Part shown: positions 39,747 to 52,196 of the stretch, piece by piece
Position numbering within the stretch: position 1 is the stretch's first letter
How the letters are laid out: each line of letters opens with the position of its first letter
From: Chiloscyllium plagiosum
Lineage: Eukaryota
DNA length: 64,000 nt
Reading direction: 5' to 3'
Assembly (NCBI RefSeq): GCF_004010195.1
Contig: NC_057721.1
Span: 44,657,240 to 44,721,239 of the forward strand
The notes under the pieces: generated by a model
Databases searched by the model: none
The model's input: the letters and a program-made list of their open reading frames with translations, nothing else
Told to the model about the DNA's origin: nothing
Program-made: the position numbers and the translations under genes

Positions 39747-39841
39747 CATTTAACAGAAAATCTGAACATAAATCATTACCATCACTAACAAACTCAATCC
39801 CACAAGGATGATGATGTAGCGTACTGGGATAAACCGGCTAC
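39747..39841 (-). CDS. Transmembrane exon with stop codon, (G)SRFIPVRYIIILVGLSLLVMVMIYVQIFC*, probably the same gene as the C1 exon
   Basis: cattttcag acceptor; phase 1 matches the C1 exon; about 20 uncharged residues; TAA at 39750-39752, then a consensus ATG|gtaagt donor; independently supported by the paralogous exon at 52197-52329. Confidence 0.75.
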
Positions 39842-39909
39842 CTGAAAATGGAGTTCATAGGGTAAGAACACTTGGCTTTGATAACAGATTGACAATATAT
39901 TAACTTTTA

Positions 39910-40045
39910 TGGGCTATTTTGTGGTGCAGTGGCAGTATCCCTGCCCTTGTTCAAGTTGAACCTGCCCAGGTTCAAGTTACACCTGCACCAGAGGTGTGTA
40001 ATAATATCTCTGAACAGGTTGAATAGAAAAGTTGGTTGTAAAAAA
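39910..40045 (+). mobile_element. Short tRNA-derived SINE
   Basis: gtggtgcagtgg A box, ggttcaagt B box, A-rich end. Confidence 0.55.
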
Positions 40046-41150
40046 AAACTAATTTCAACATTCTTTTTTGTCCTTTTGCTTTTAAACAGAGACAACTACT
40101 TTGAATTAATTGATTTACCTGAGTAATTTATGGTCTGTCATAGCTAATTTGGAAGTTTGTGTCTTTCGATCCTTCAATAAATGAGCTAAACATCTTTTAA
40201 TGGAGTTAACTCATGTTACACTCGATCAACTAATATATTAGCATTACTTGAGCTCAGACAAATGTTCCTGCTTGTAATCTGGATATGATATTTATTTTAC
40301 AGCTATTTCCTTAAGCATAACTTGATAATAATTTGATCACACCAACACTTGAGTAAAAAAGCTGTTTCATTACACCACAAGCAGAGCACGCAGTTACATT
40401 TTGAATCATTTAAATCAGTTGGCCAATTTATTTTCCCATGTGAACATAAAATAACATCCCACCCTTCCTCTGCATCAATAGATTTTCTATTAAGACTTAC
40501 TGACTTAAACACGGTACCTTTCTCACTACCCTGCAGCATTTGTAAACATTCAGTCATCGTAAAAGCACTGAGAACTCTTAAATTTAAAAACTGTTCACAC
40601 AAATGAAGAAAAGAATCAAAAAGATTTTAATGTAACACATTCCAATAAGGACAGATATCTTAATGGGTTGCAGATCCTGACATTTGCAATAACAACTTGT
40701 AAATCTGATGATATATAATTTACTGGTCTGAAAAATCATGCATTGAAAATGTAACTGGTTTTTGAATCATTATTTTAAAATGATTTTAGAACAATACCAT
40801 AAATTATGTTAATCTGGCAATTCTGTATTAGCCAAAATTCTGTGCTTCGCAATTGGAAATGTTCATAGACAAAAATAGAAATTGCTGGAAAAGCTCAGCA
40901 GGATCGGCAGCATCCGTGGAGAGAAATCAGTTAACATTTTGGGTCAAATGACCATTCCTGAGAACTGGAAATATTTATAATTGGAGTGTGAATTTTACGT
41001 TCACAACTGCCATGCATAAAAAGGAATCTGTGTTACTTGCCCATTACAAAGGAAAATTTAGTTTGATGAGTCTAGGTTAACAGTGGTATATTTAGCTGGA
41101 CATACTGTTTACATTGGCTGAATTGCCAGCTAACATTACTGGGAATGTAT

Positions 41151-42397
41151 TGTGATTCAGCTAATGTTATTACTGGACAAATCAGGTCCCAGACTAAAAC
41201 TTGACTTGTTTGATCAAAGTTTATTTTGTTTTGTTTTAGCTGTAACAAAGTGATCTCTCAGTAAAACATATGCATGCAGTGCTGCAGATTTTGCTTTAAC
41301 AAAAAGCAGACGTTTATTAATAAACAAATCAAGATAAATAGATTAAACCAAACTATCAACTTGTAACAAATTCATATCTTAAAACACACAATGAAAGTGA
41401 AATTCCATTAATCCCAAAACAATTTGCAAAGAAAAACATCAATTTTTGTTTTGTACCCAAAACACAGTTACATCACCAAAAATATATTTTGCAAAGTACT
41501 CAAAAACATCACACATACAATAGTTATAGAGTCATAGAAATGTACTGCACAGAATTAGATCTTTCTATCCAATTCGCCTATGCCAACCAGCTATCTGAAC
41601 CTAATCTAGTCCCTTTTGCCAACACTTGGTCCATATCCCTCTAAAATCTTCCTATTCATATACCCATCCAGATGCCTTTTAAATGTTGTAATTGTACTGG
41701 TCTCCACCACTTCCTCTGGCAGCTCACACCACCATCTGTGTGAAAAACTTAACCCTTAGGTTCCTTTTAAATTTTCCCCCCTCCCCCTTTAGTTCTGGAC
41801 TCCCCCACCCGATGGAAAAGACTTTGTCTATTTATCCTATCCATGCCCCTCATAATTTTGTAAACCTCTATAAGGTCACCCCTCAGCCTCCAATGCTCAA
41901 GGGGAAAAAAGCCCCAGCATATTCATCCTCTCCCTAAAGCTCAAATCCTCCAACCCTGGCAACATCCTTGTAAATCTTTACTGAACCTTTAAAATTTCAC
42001 AACATCATTCCAATAAGAAGGAGACCAGAATTGCACACACACATGAGAATCCCTTTCTCTAACACCTTGGTCAATTTGATTGTAATTTAACTTCTAGACT
42101 GGGGAAATGCTGATAACTTCTTCCTGGACCTATTTTGTTCATACTCAGCTTTAAGCAACTTCGGCAGGGTTTTATCGCAACACTTATTGTCTTGTGCTAT
42201 CATTAACTCTTTACTTCAAAGTATATCCTTCCTTTCTCAGGAGCATATTGTGATACAAGCACTTTTATCAAAGGACCTCACAGGATTGCTCAAAACTCAT
42301 TGTAAACCTTTAAGCTATGATTGTTCCTTAAACTTAATATAATTCCAGAAACTTTTAGTAAATCTTGATGCCCCATTATTTACATGGCTGAGTCACA
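41151..42397 (-). mobile_element. LTR-like element interrupted by a CR1 (41527-42040, -)
   Basis: Inverted termini tgtgattcagc / gctgagtcaca; the nested CR1 has a tagagtcataga tail; no TSD seen. Confidence 0.55.
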
Positions 42398-43549
42398 AAA
42401 TTTTCATTAATTCCAAATCTAGGCCTCAAAGACTTCTTTCAATAAACTGCTATTCCACAGTCCATTTCTTTCATTGTTTGGTTAAATGTCCAACTATCCA
42501 TCTGCTCAATTTTTTTTCCTGTTTCTTTTAGTTTATTAAACAATACACAATTTACAAAACAATTAACAATAACAGCTGTATACAGAGAAACGGCAATTTT
42601 ACAAGGGAGAGGAATGGCAAAGCCAGGCCCCAAACCCTAACATTCAACTGGTTTTCAGGGAAATGAGGACAAACCTCAAACCCCCTGCTCAGTTTTTTAT
42701 TCAGTCTTCAGTCCCAGTAATTGATTAGCTATCCATGTGAGCATATTTGTGCTCAATGCAGCTTTCTCGATCTTTCTCTTTTTGTATTTCATATCGAATC
42801 TTCATACATATTCATTGTACTGCATACGTAGCAGAATCCTCTGAGCACTACTTTTTGCACATGGATACTTAGATCTTAAAATTCATACTTTTGACTTTTT
42901 TTGAAAATTTCTCCTGTCAAACTGACAAAGTTGCTAATTTTGGGCTGTGTTTCAGGAGGGCACTTGTGTCCAATCATCCACCTTTAATTCTACACTTTTT
43001 TGTCTTTACTAGCTATCAATGGAGTCATAGATTTATTTATAGTATCGGTTATGCTATTTGCATTTTAATAGGCAAGTTTTTTTCATTATATTTGTAAAAT
43101 TAATTCCTTTCAATTATAAGTTTTCATAGGTTTCTTATTTTTTGAAATGTGATGTGCTGCAGAGTAATTTAGTTATACATTTTAAAACTAATTCAATACT
43201 ATTTCATTAATTTAAAATGAGAATTATACTCTAAGTTGGTAACTTTTTTACTACTACTGGTCATACTTTAGTTATATGAGGTGAAAGTTAAATGTTCATT
43301 ATTGTCTGGGAGGAGTTTTTGTAAAACCATAACTTAAGATTAATTAGATCTTATGGAAGTTGAATTTATCCTGCTCGAAATTCTTGCATTGTTGAACAGC
43401 ATGAGCAGTTCATGTTGGGAGCAATAAGATTTAAAGAAAAACAGTATTGATGGATTGGAATCACTTTTTTTTTGTTTCTCACTGTAAAGTCAATTAATCA
43501 GGCCATGATTTTCATACAAACATATGAAACGGTAGCAAAATACAGTTTA

Positions 43550-44330
43550 TTCCCCCAGGTGTTCTCCAGTATTCAAAAGTCATTCTGATCTGCCTTCTAA
43601 GATCAGGAGTCCCAAAGTTACATAGTGCTCTGATATTTTTTTAAAAAACTCCTAATCGGTCCAAACCAGCTGACCTAATTTCAAAATATTTCTCCCGCGT
43701 TTTGAACTTAAACATACAGACCGGGCATTCACCCAAACAAGCTAAGAGAACTTCATACTGATTGGACAATTGCAGAGGCTGATATTTCTTCATTCTGGAT
43801 TCCCCTATCAGCCTCCCTCACATACACATATTTCTGTCCCTGATTAAACAAGACGACCCTACCCTAAATGCTCTGACTACCTCCTGATACCAAGAGCCTT
43901 CGTAACTTTCCTTCAGCTTCCAGCTCATAAACTCTGCGCCAAAGCATCTGAAGCTTGAAATGTTTCTGCTGAAGTGTTTGCTCTGGATCACAGTAGCATC
44001 CAGAAGCTCCCACATACTTCAGCCTCGACACTTCACCTGTCTTCCCATCCTGAATGAGTTTAAATTAATTGTGCAATTATGTTATACACTTATGTTCCTT
44101 TTGATATATTTTACCGACTTTATGACTAATTTATACACTGTTAAAATTAAGAATAAAATAGACAACCGCTTACCAGATACTCACCAAAACGTTAATCCTT
44201 TCCCAAGAACAGAACAAGAGCTAATTGTGACGGGACAGGAAGGGTAGAAAAACAAAACGAATTAAACACTTTCCTCCACCCCAACTTTCCCCAACTCACC
44301 AATCACCAGACTCCAGGATGCATTGCGTTT
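43550..44330 (-). mobile_element. CR1 5' UTR + degenerate ORF1
   Basis: MGRQVKCRG*SMWELLDATVIQSKH, the CxxC-SMWE zinc-finger start typical of CR1 ORF1. Confidence 0.65.
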
Positions 44331-45548
44331 CATTAATCTGTGTGTTTCCCTTGGCTACCCTTTCAGATTTCCACAAAGCACCGCATCAGGTGCCACACAA
44401 GCGGTGCCACAAGCTCATATCAGGGGTGGAGTACAAGCTGGGTAGGGTGCCCGCTGAGTAGGGGGTAGGGCGCCAGGCAAGTCGGGGGAAGGAGGGAACA
44501 AGTCAGATTCGATTTGGGTTTCAGGTCCCACATGCGTCAGGTCAGGATCTGGGGCTGTAAGTGCTGTGGCGATCGGTGGAGTAAGGGTGTGCCAGGTAAC
44601 CGCGGGGGGCACTTTAATACAAGGTCTAACCTCTCTTGCGCAATGATTTACTAAAATGCATCAGGATCCTCCAACTGGAGACTTTTGGAGAGTTCGAGGC
44701 GAAAAGGATATACCCACAGAATCTTCAATGTCTGCTACAATCGGGATTCCGCAGGATTCCTGCACACACTTCCCAATCACTGGAATGTTGGCTGTCTGGC
44801 CATGGGAAAATCCGGACCATTTTCTATCTACACTGGACGTTTCAGAAACTGCTACTTATAGATGCGATGTGGTTTTACGAACAAGATTATCATTTTAAAG
44901 TCTCCACGCACCAATCTCCCATTTGCACCGTTCCCTTTCAGCCATACATTGTCAGGTTGACTGGAGAACCGCAATAAAATACTCTTTGTCTCCAAAAACG
45001 ACAGTTGAAAACATTCTGTTTCGCACTGTACTTTAGCAACGATACACAGTAAGGTATGTAACAAAAAATGCACAGTTCGCCACACTACATGATGGGAGAA
45101 CTCAAAAGTGTAGAACTGGGCGCGGTTCATAAATTGTGCACATTCAGCGATTCAACTTCATATTTCCACTTAGATGAGTAAATGTTACTTAAACAAATTT
45201 GATAAACTTGGACCAGATATGCATTTTTAGAAAGTTAATTTCTCATTTAAACAATTCAGTTTTAATAAGTCTGAACTTACAATAAATGCCGAGGCGCTAT
45301 GGCAATCCACCTGTAATAGAATATTCTGCTGGCAACTTCCTTTGGTTTCCTGACAATATCTTGGATCGCGCTGTGGCAGACACCTTTTGTACGTTCATCA
45401 AACAATGTTGATCTATTTAATCTTCTCTACATTGCCCGACCACTTAATATTGTGCCTTCCGATCTATGCGTTAACATATATCATTTCACAGTTTGATGTG
45501 GACTCAATGGGAGTACTGTGGTGTGGTCAGTATTAGTGAGGCACCTAC

Positions 45549-45848
45549 CTGGACCGTCTCTGAGCCTTGTCCTCACTGACCCAGTGAAGGTCCTGTGCTG
45601 AATGTGACAGGAGACGGTGGCTCCCTGCTCCCGCTGGGGCCTTGCAATCCGCAGCCGGGAGCTCAGGTTGTAACTGCTGTCCGTGTTTACTGTCAGCGAG
45701 CCCGGCTCCTCCTGATAGGAGACATCCCCCTCAACAATCCAGGAAATGGTCAGATCCCTCGGGAAAAATCCCGCAGCCAAACAAGTCAGTGTCTGAATCC
45801 CAACACCTTCATTCTGAGGATCCGCAGTCAGATAGATTTCAGGTTTCG
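45549..45848 (-). CDS. Ig C1-set domain exon of an unnamed IgSF membrane protein (B7-H6/SIRP/tapasin-like C1)
   Basis: tttatttag acceptor, G|gtaggt donor, 300 nt, phase 1-1, no stop. Translation KPEIYLTADPQNEGVGIQTLTCLAAGFFPRDLTISW...NTDSSYNLSSRL...VSCHIQH shows the C1 signature L-x-C-x3-GF-x-P-x5-W and C-x3-H. Confidence 0.9.
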
Positions 45849-46164
45849 CTAAATAAACACATCAAAACAACACACATTGTGTCAATCTTCATTGTAGCAA
45901 ATAGAAATCGACAGGTAGCAAGGAGAGGGATGATTAAAACAGCGTGAAACTTGGATACTCAATGGGACAGTGCAGAATGGGTTTAATAAATTGTACCCCG
46001 ATTACCAAATCACCGACCCAAGGAGAACAGACCCCTCCTAACAATGTGGGTTAGAATGAGAGCCCGGGAGCCTCAATCAGTTTCGTCCCGACACGTGCTC
46101 GGGTTGTGTTTCTTTGGAGCAGGATGTTCAAGGAAGTAGGAAAAGTAAACTTTTTCATAAAATG

Positions 46165-47350
46165 GAGTCATAGAGGTCTACAGTACAGGAAAAGGTCCTT
46201 CGGCCCATCCATTCTGTTCCGGTTTAAAAAAAACTATCGTGAACCCATTATCCAGTTGGCTTTGTATGCCTTGTATTGCAAGTGTACATTTAAATACTTG
46301 TTAAATGTTATCAGGGATTTTGCCTTAACATCTTCACAGGCAGCGAGTTCCAGATTTCCACCATCATCTGATTGAAAACTTTTTTTTCCCTCATTTCCTG
46401 CCAGTCTCCTGCCCCTTGCCTTAAATCTCTGCTCCCTGATCCATTAACCAGTCCAACAAGAGGGAAAGCTATTTCCTGTCCACCCTATCAACATCCCTCT
46501 TAATTTAGTACATCTCAATCATGTCCCCTCTCAATCTCCTCTGCTCTACTGCAAAACAATCTGTCCGATCTGTCTTCATAACTGAAACTCTCCAGCCCAG
46601 GTAACAGCCCAGGGGCGGCACGGTGGCTCAGTGGCTAGCACAGCACCAAGGTCCCAGGTTTGATTCCTGCCTCGGGCAACTGTCTGTGTGGAGTTTGCAC
46701 ATTCTCCCCGTGTCTGCGTGGAGAATGCTCCAGTTTCTTCCCACAATTCAAAGATGTGCAGGTCAGGTGAATTGGCCATGCTAAATAGTGTTAGGTGCAT
46801 TAGTCAGAGGGAATGGGTCTGGGTGGGTTACCCTTCGGAGGGTCGGTGTGGACTTGTAGGGCCGAAGGTATGGAATCTAATCTAATCCTGGTAAACAGAA
46901 GTTGCTGGAAAAGCTCAGCAGAATTTGTTCTGAGGAAGGGACACGAAACGTTAACCCTGATTTCCCTTCACTGATGTTGCTTTTACAGCGATTTCTGATT
47001 TTGTTTTTGATGATCTTTCCGTTTTTATTTAGCTTCCTGATAAATCTCCTCTGCACCTTCTCCAATGCAGTTACACTTTTTCTATAATGTACTTTGCCTG
47101 TTCTTAAACGTTATGCCAAAGGCAAACATATTATATGTCTTCTTAACCACTCACTCTGCCTGACCTTAGGGACTTGTATGACATGCACACCAAGGTCCCT
47201 CTGATCCCTAATGCTGCCCAGGGTCCAACCGTTCCTGACCGATTCCCTTGCTTTATTTGTCCTGCCCATGTGCGTCACCTCACATTTATCTGGATTGAAT
47301 TCCATTTACCGCTGACCAGCCCACTTGGCTAACAAGTCTATATCATCTCC
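46165..47350 (-). mobile_element. CR1 3' part with nested HE1 SINE (46612-46885, +) and Penelope terminal piece (about 46893-47010)
   Basis: MEFNPDKCEV..GRTN, EKVQRRF; SINE head ggggcggcacggtggctcagtgg. Confidence 0.85.
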
Positions 47351-47794
47351 ATTAATTGTGTTTTATTTGGCATCATACTTGTTGGAAATCGGATCTTTAG
47401 GGTTCAGCTTAGAGAGCTTTGTCTTTTGGGCGGTTTTCTTCAAGCTAAGTGTTGACAAGGATGGGACTGAAAGGATCCGATAGAAAAGCAGGTGCTGCTG
47501 GTGGGTGGTTAATGTGAGATTAAAGGTAAACCCCGGGCAGACCCTGTGCTCCCACACAACATCCCAGTCTGGGCTCTATCTCTGTGATTCTAAGCACTGT
47601 TTCTGTTTCCTTCTCTCACACATTGAGTTATTTCACTCTCCCTTCATCTTCTCAGAGAAAGCTCACTGCACTGTTAACTTCCTGTCCAGGTCAGCCTCAC
47701 AAGTGAAGACATTCTTCCTCCATGCAGTTTGGGCTGCTTCATTTTTAAAGTTCTCTCACAAATTTTATTTTTTAAGTTCTCTATCCGGTCACTA

Positions 47795-48435
47795 GCTTAT
47801 ACAGTTAATGGTCGGGCCCTGGGTGTGTTGCTGAACAAAGAGACCTCGGGATGCAGGTGCATTGTTCCTTGAAAGTGGAGTTGCAGGTAGAAAGAGTGGC
47901 GAAGGAGACATTTGGCGTGCTTGCCTTCACTGGTCAGAACATTGTCGGGCTTGAGGCATTACGTTGCAGCTGTACAGGACATTGGTGAGGCCATTTCTAG
48001 AATACTGCACACAGTTCTGATCGCCTTTCTACAGGAAGGATGTTAAACTTGAAAGTGTGCAAAAAAGATTTACATGGATGTTGCTGGGACTGAGTTACAG
48101 GAAGAGGCTGAATAGGCTGAGGCATTTTTTCCCTGGATGATTGGAGGCTGAAGGATTTTTGAAGAGGGGGTTGGATCGGGTGAATAGCCGAGATCTTTTT
48201 CCCAGGTTTTGGGAGTCCAAAACTATAGGGCATAGGTTGAAGGTGAGAGGGGAAGATCTAAAAAGGGCCTGAGGGTTAACATTTTCAGGCTGAGCGTGCT
48301 GCATACATGGAATGAGCTGCCAGAGTGGTAGAGAGCGGTACAATTACAACTTTTAACTTATAAAAGGCTTTGAGTTGGATATATGAATAGGAAGGGTTGA
48401 GAAGGATATGGGCTAAATGCTGGCAATTTGGGATA
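47795..48435 (+). mobile_element. CR1 3' fragment
   Basis: Colinear with about 31985-32650. Confidence 0.88.
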
Positions 48436-49929
48436 TTAGAGAAGAGAAGAGGTGAGAAGATCCAGTTTACTAATCAAGGATTAAAGTTCAAATTGGATGT
48501 TGAATCCTCACCCAGGTCATCTTCCAAGGATCTTGAGGAGGAACAGAAGACTGTCATCCAATTGGAGACATCTGAAAGAGATGACAGTGTTGATGATAAA
48601 GAGGAAGTACTATCTCAAAATCCTTGTTCTCGACCTGTAAGTATTCAGTTTGAGCCAGTTTTGGGATGGATTTTAATTTTAAGAATTGGAGGTGTTATTT
48701 GTCTTGAAGCATTGATGTGATTGTTTGATGAATAATCCCAGAGCATATTAAATTCCCATATTTGAACATAATTGTTGGATTGTGATTGTTTCCGTCACAA
48801 ATGTCAAAATACAACTCCACTTTATTTGGGCACATTTTGCACGTCAACATTTTCAGAAATTACCCTGAGTGTTCCCCTTTACCAAGGACACTTTCCCAAA
48901 AGACTGTTGTGAGGAATATCTTGATAAATTGTTAATATATTTGTGGGTGATAAAATCAAGCTGTGGGGGATATTCTTAAAATTTCTGGTGTCTCAGTGAT
49001 TTTTACCTTGCCCATCAATTCTCAAAATAAGTGTAAGTATGCCTGATTATTTCTCAAGGATTTAGTGACTATTTCCACTGTGTAATTTCTGAGTTTAGAA
49101 CTGAAGGATTGCTATTGAAATTCAAACCTTTTCCTCCTGTACTTTTCTGTCCTTCCCTAAAAGGGAGGCAGTGTTTTTAAAGAGGATCTTTTGAACTAAG
49201 TTTTGAATCATCTCTGGCTTTTTCAGTTCGGATGCAATTTTTCCAGCGTAGTGTTCGGAAGCAAAGTCCTGAGACTGAATGACCATCTGATTAGAAGAAC
49301 AGAAGGGTTTATGGTTTGCACATATTAACATTGATTGGACAAGCAGCTCTTTCATAAAAGTGCTTGACAAGTTCTCATGCTGTCCATTCCTTTCTGAGCA
49401 TTCAATATCGGAAATCACTGAAATAGGTGCTTGGGTCAGTTTGATTTGACACAGCAACATCCTGACTAAACTGACACATGCTCTTCTGATATGTCAATAT
49501 TTGTGTTTCCCTATAAAGCGCAGGAATAAAAAGGGGTGCAGCAGTCAACTGAAGGTGATCTGATTTTGGAAAGCTGAAGCTCAGAACGTTCAGTCTGAAA
49601 TCATTCATTCCCCGAAGTACACAACAGTTTGTAGATGAAGAGATTCTCCATACTTATACTCTGAACCAGGAAAGATTTGAACAGTCGATATCAGTTTCCT
49701 AAAATGGCCATTACTTTCTCCATGGTAACTCGTAACAAGCCATATTTCTTGTGATTGCATAGTTTGAAGAATATTCACTGTTTTCATCACAATGTATCTG
49801 ATCCTGAACTGTCCAAAAGTATTCTTTTCAGTTCAATAACTGTATTCTTCTCATCCTCCACACTCCATGATAGTCCATGATATCTCCCTTTGTGAGCCGA
49901 ATGGAATATTGATTCCACCTAATGGATAA

Positions 49930-50250
49930 NNNNNNNNNNNNNNNNNNNNNNNNNNNNNNNNNNNNNNNNNNNNNNNNNNNNNNNNNNNNNNNNNNNNNNN
50001 NNNNNNNNNNNNNNNNNNNNNNNNNNNNNNNNNNNNNNNNNNNNNNNNNNNNNNNNNNNNNNNNNNNNNNNNNNNNNNNNNNNNNNNNNNNNNNNNNNNN
50101 NNNNNNNNNNNNNNNNNNNNNNNNNNNNNNNNNNNNNNNNNNNNNNNNNNNNNNNNNNNNNNNNNNNNNNNNNNNNNNNNNNNNNNNNNNNNNNNNNNNN
50201 NNNNNNNNNNNNNNNNNNNNNNNNNNNNNNNNNNNNNNNNNNNNNNNNNN
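49930..50250. other. Assembly gap (321 N) followed by a G29 run
   Basis: N run. Confidence 1.
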
Positions 50251-50282
<32 letters not shown>

Positions 50283-52196
50283 CTGAATGTGAGGGCCTAT
50301 GAAAAATCACATTCTAGTACCGATTCGTTTCTTTAATTTTGATTTGTTGTGAAATGATTATCAATATAGTGCGTAAATGTTCCGCACCTATTTCTTTATG
50401 CACTTTGTGATATTTTTGTGTTTGAAGGGTTATTGTTGGTAGTGGTGGTGGTGGTGGGGTGCAGCAGCTTGGGGTAGGGGAGAGGTTTGGGGTGGAGGAT
50501 GTTCCTTGAGGTGTACAGACGGTATAGAAAATATAAATGTCTTTCAACAGGGACATGATTTCATTGCACTTAGAAAATCAGGAGTACACAGAGTCAATCC
50601 GACCTCACTTTCGCCTCATAATAAGGTAACCTGTTTCACAAACCTTTAGTTTTTGAGGATATAGCTAAAGGGCAGATAAGGGACGAAGACGCATTTGGAT
50701 TTTCAGGAACCACCGAATAAAATGCTACACACGAGGTACCACAAATTCAGGTTCATATGATAACCAGTAATATGGTAACATCGACAGAATGCAAACAGGC
50801 ATTGTTGGGTTGACAGACTGTATCCAGCAAGTAAGTCAAGGACCTCAGCTATTATCCATATCAAGAACATGATGAGGATATGAAGTAAAATTATCCAAGT
50901 TTACTGTTGATGAAAAACTGGAAAAAGAGAAAATAAAACTCGTATTTGAAAAGCACCTTTTACATTCTCTTGTGATTTGCTTCTTATTTATTCTGGTGAA
51001 ATGGAATCAAATTTATTGATTTCGTAATCAATTATAAAATTGGTAACTGAAATGCACAGAATGGCATTTCCCCCTCAAGGTTATGAACAAACTTACAAAA
51101 AATAATTTCGGAGAATTGTAGAATCCAGGACACTAGAAGTAAACATGCTGAACTAACTGCTGATCAATAAGAGACAACTTGAGGTTGAAATTAACGGAAA
51201 CGATTCAATACCACGATCTACTTCCAAAGACACATTATGCTGTTAGTTGCAGAGAAACAATATTTTTATTTGTAGATGACTTCTCATTTCACAAACACTG
51301 AGTCCAATATAATTTAAATCAAAATAATTCTGATTTAATTCAATATCCATTTTGAGGACTCCTATTTGAGAAATGGATTTTGATCGATATTGAACTCAAA
51401 AATAAAATGTATCATTGTGTTTCAGTGCCTTTGGCTAAAGCAGACATTTAATAGAATCTTAAAGTTCATTATACAAGTACAATTCACAGAGAGATCGGCC
51501 ATTGAAAATTATGCTTATGCTTAAATGTATGATTTTCAGTGTTCTGTATGGAGGATCCCTTCAAAATCTGCAAAATACTCCACACGACCATCAATCTTGA
51601 CTCAGAAGAACATTCTATTAGCTAACTAAAGGGAAGCCACTGTTGTCCCAATAGAAACCATTTATATTAGCAATCATCAAAATCAGCATAAGCTAACAAA
51701 TGAAGAAGGTTGACGATATTCTCCGATCTGGGCTGAAAAACATGGTTTAAACGTCATCTAATGGGTTTAACTAAATGATTCGTTGTCACTGTTGATCTTA
51801 ATTTATGCTATTAGTAAGCTATCGTGATGCTCTCTGTTTAATTCCATAATTCATGCATTTCCTGAAAGCTGACAGCTACCAATGCTTGCAGACAATATCT
51901 CACCAGCCTGTTTGCAATAATCTCAGATTCGAAATAAACTTAATTGGAATCATTCCGTTATTTCAAAGTTTCAAACTGAAACCTCAAATACTTAGATATT
52001 TTATTAAGTGAAGAAGTTGTCATGACAAATCATTTCTACCACACCTGTAAATATAACCAAAAAAGTTCTCTGTGTCATTATTTATGCACGTCCCTTAATC
52101 CCCATGAGTTGATAATGCTCGCAGAACGTTTCAGAAATGAAGTCAGTCATGCAAACGTTTTTCGTTAAAAAAAAGTCTGTTAAATAGTCTAATCAC

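Noticed and set aside
40501-40530. 30-nt minus-strand microexon (ctgcag...gtaagt, GSEKGTVFKS)
   Set aside because: Weak pyrimidine tract; in the phase 1 required by the C1 and TM exons it reads an immediate TAG.
42439-42633. Minus ORF with a hydrophobic stretch as an alternative TM exon
   Set aside because: T-rich, UTR-like DNA containing AATAAA; the nearest acceptor gives a stop; the 39.8-kb exon is far better supported.
45045-45069. RSS-like cacagta...acaaaaaat near the C1 exon (rearranging antigen receptor locus?)
   Set aside because: Spacer is 9 nt rather than 12 or 23, both elements are mismatched, and I found no adjacent V end or FGxG J segment.
50251-50279. G29 run as a G-quadruplex element
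   Set aside because: Directly abuts an N gap, so its length is unreliable and it may be a sequencing artefact.
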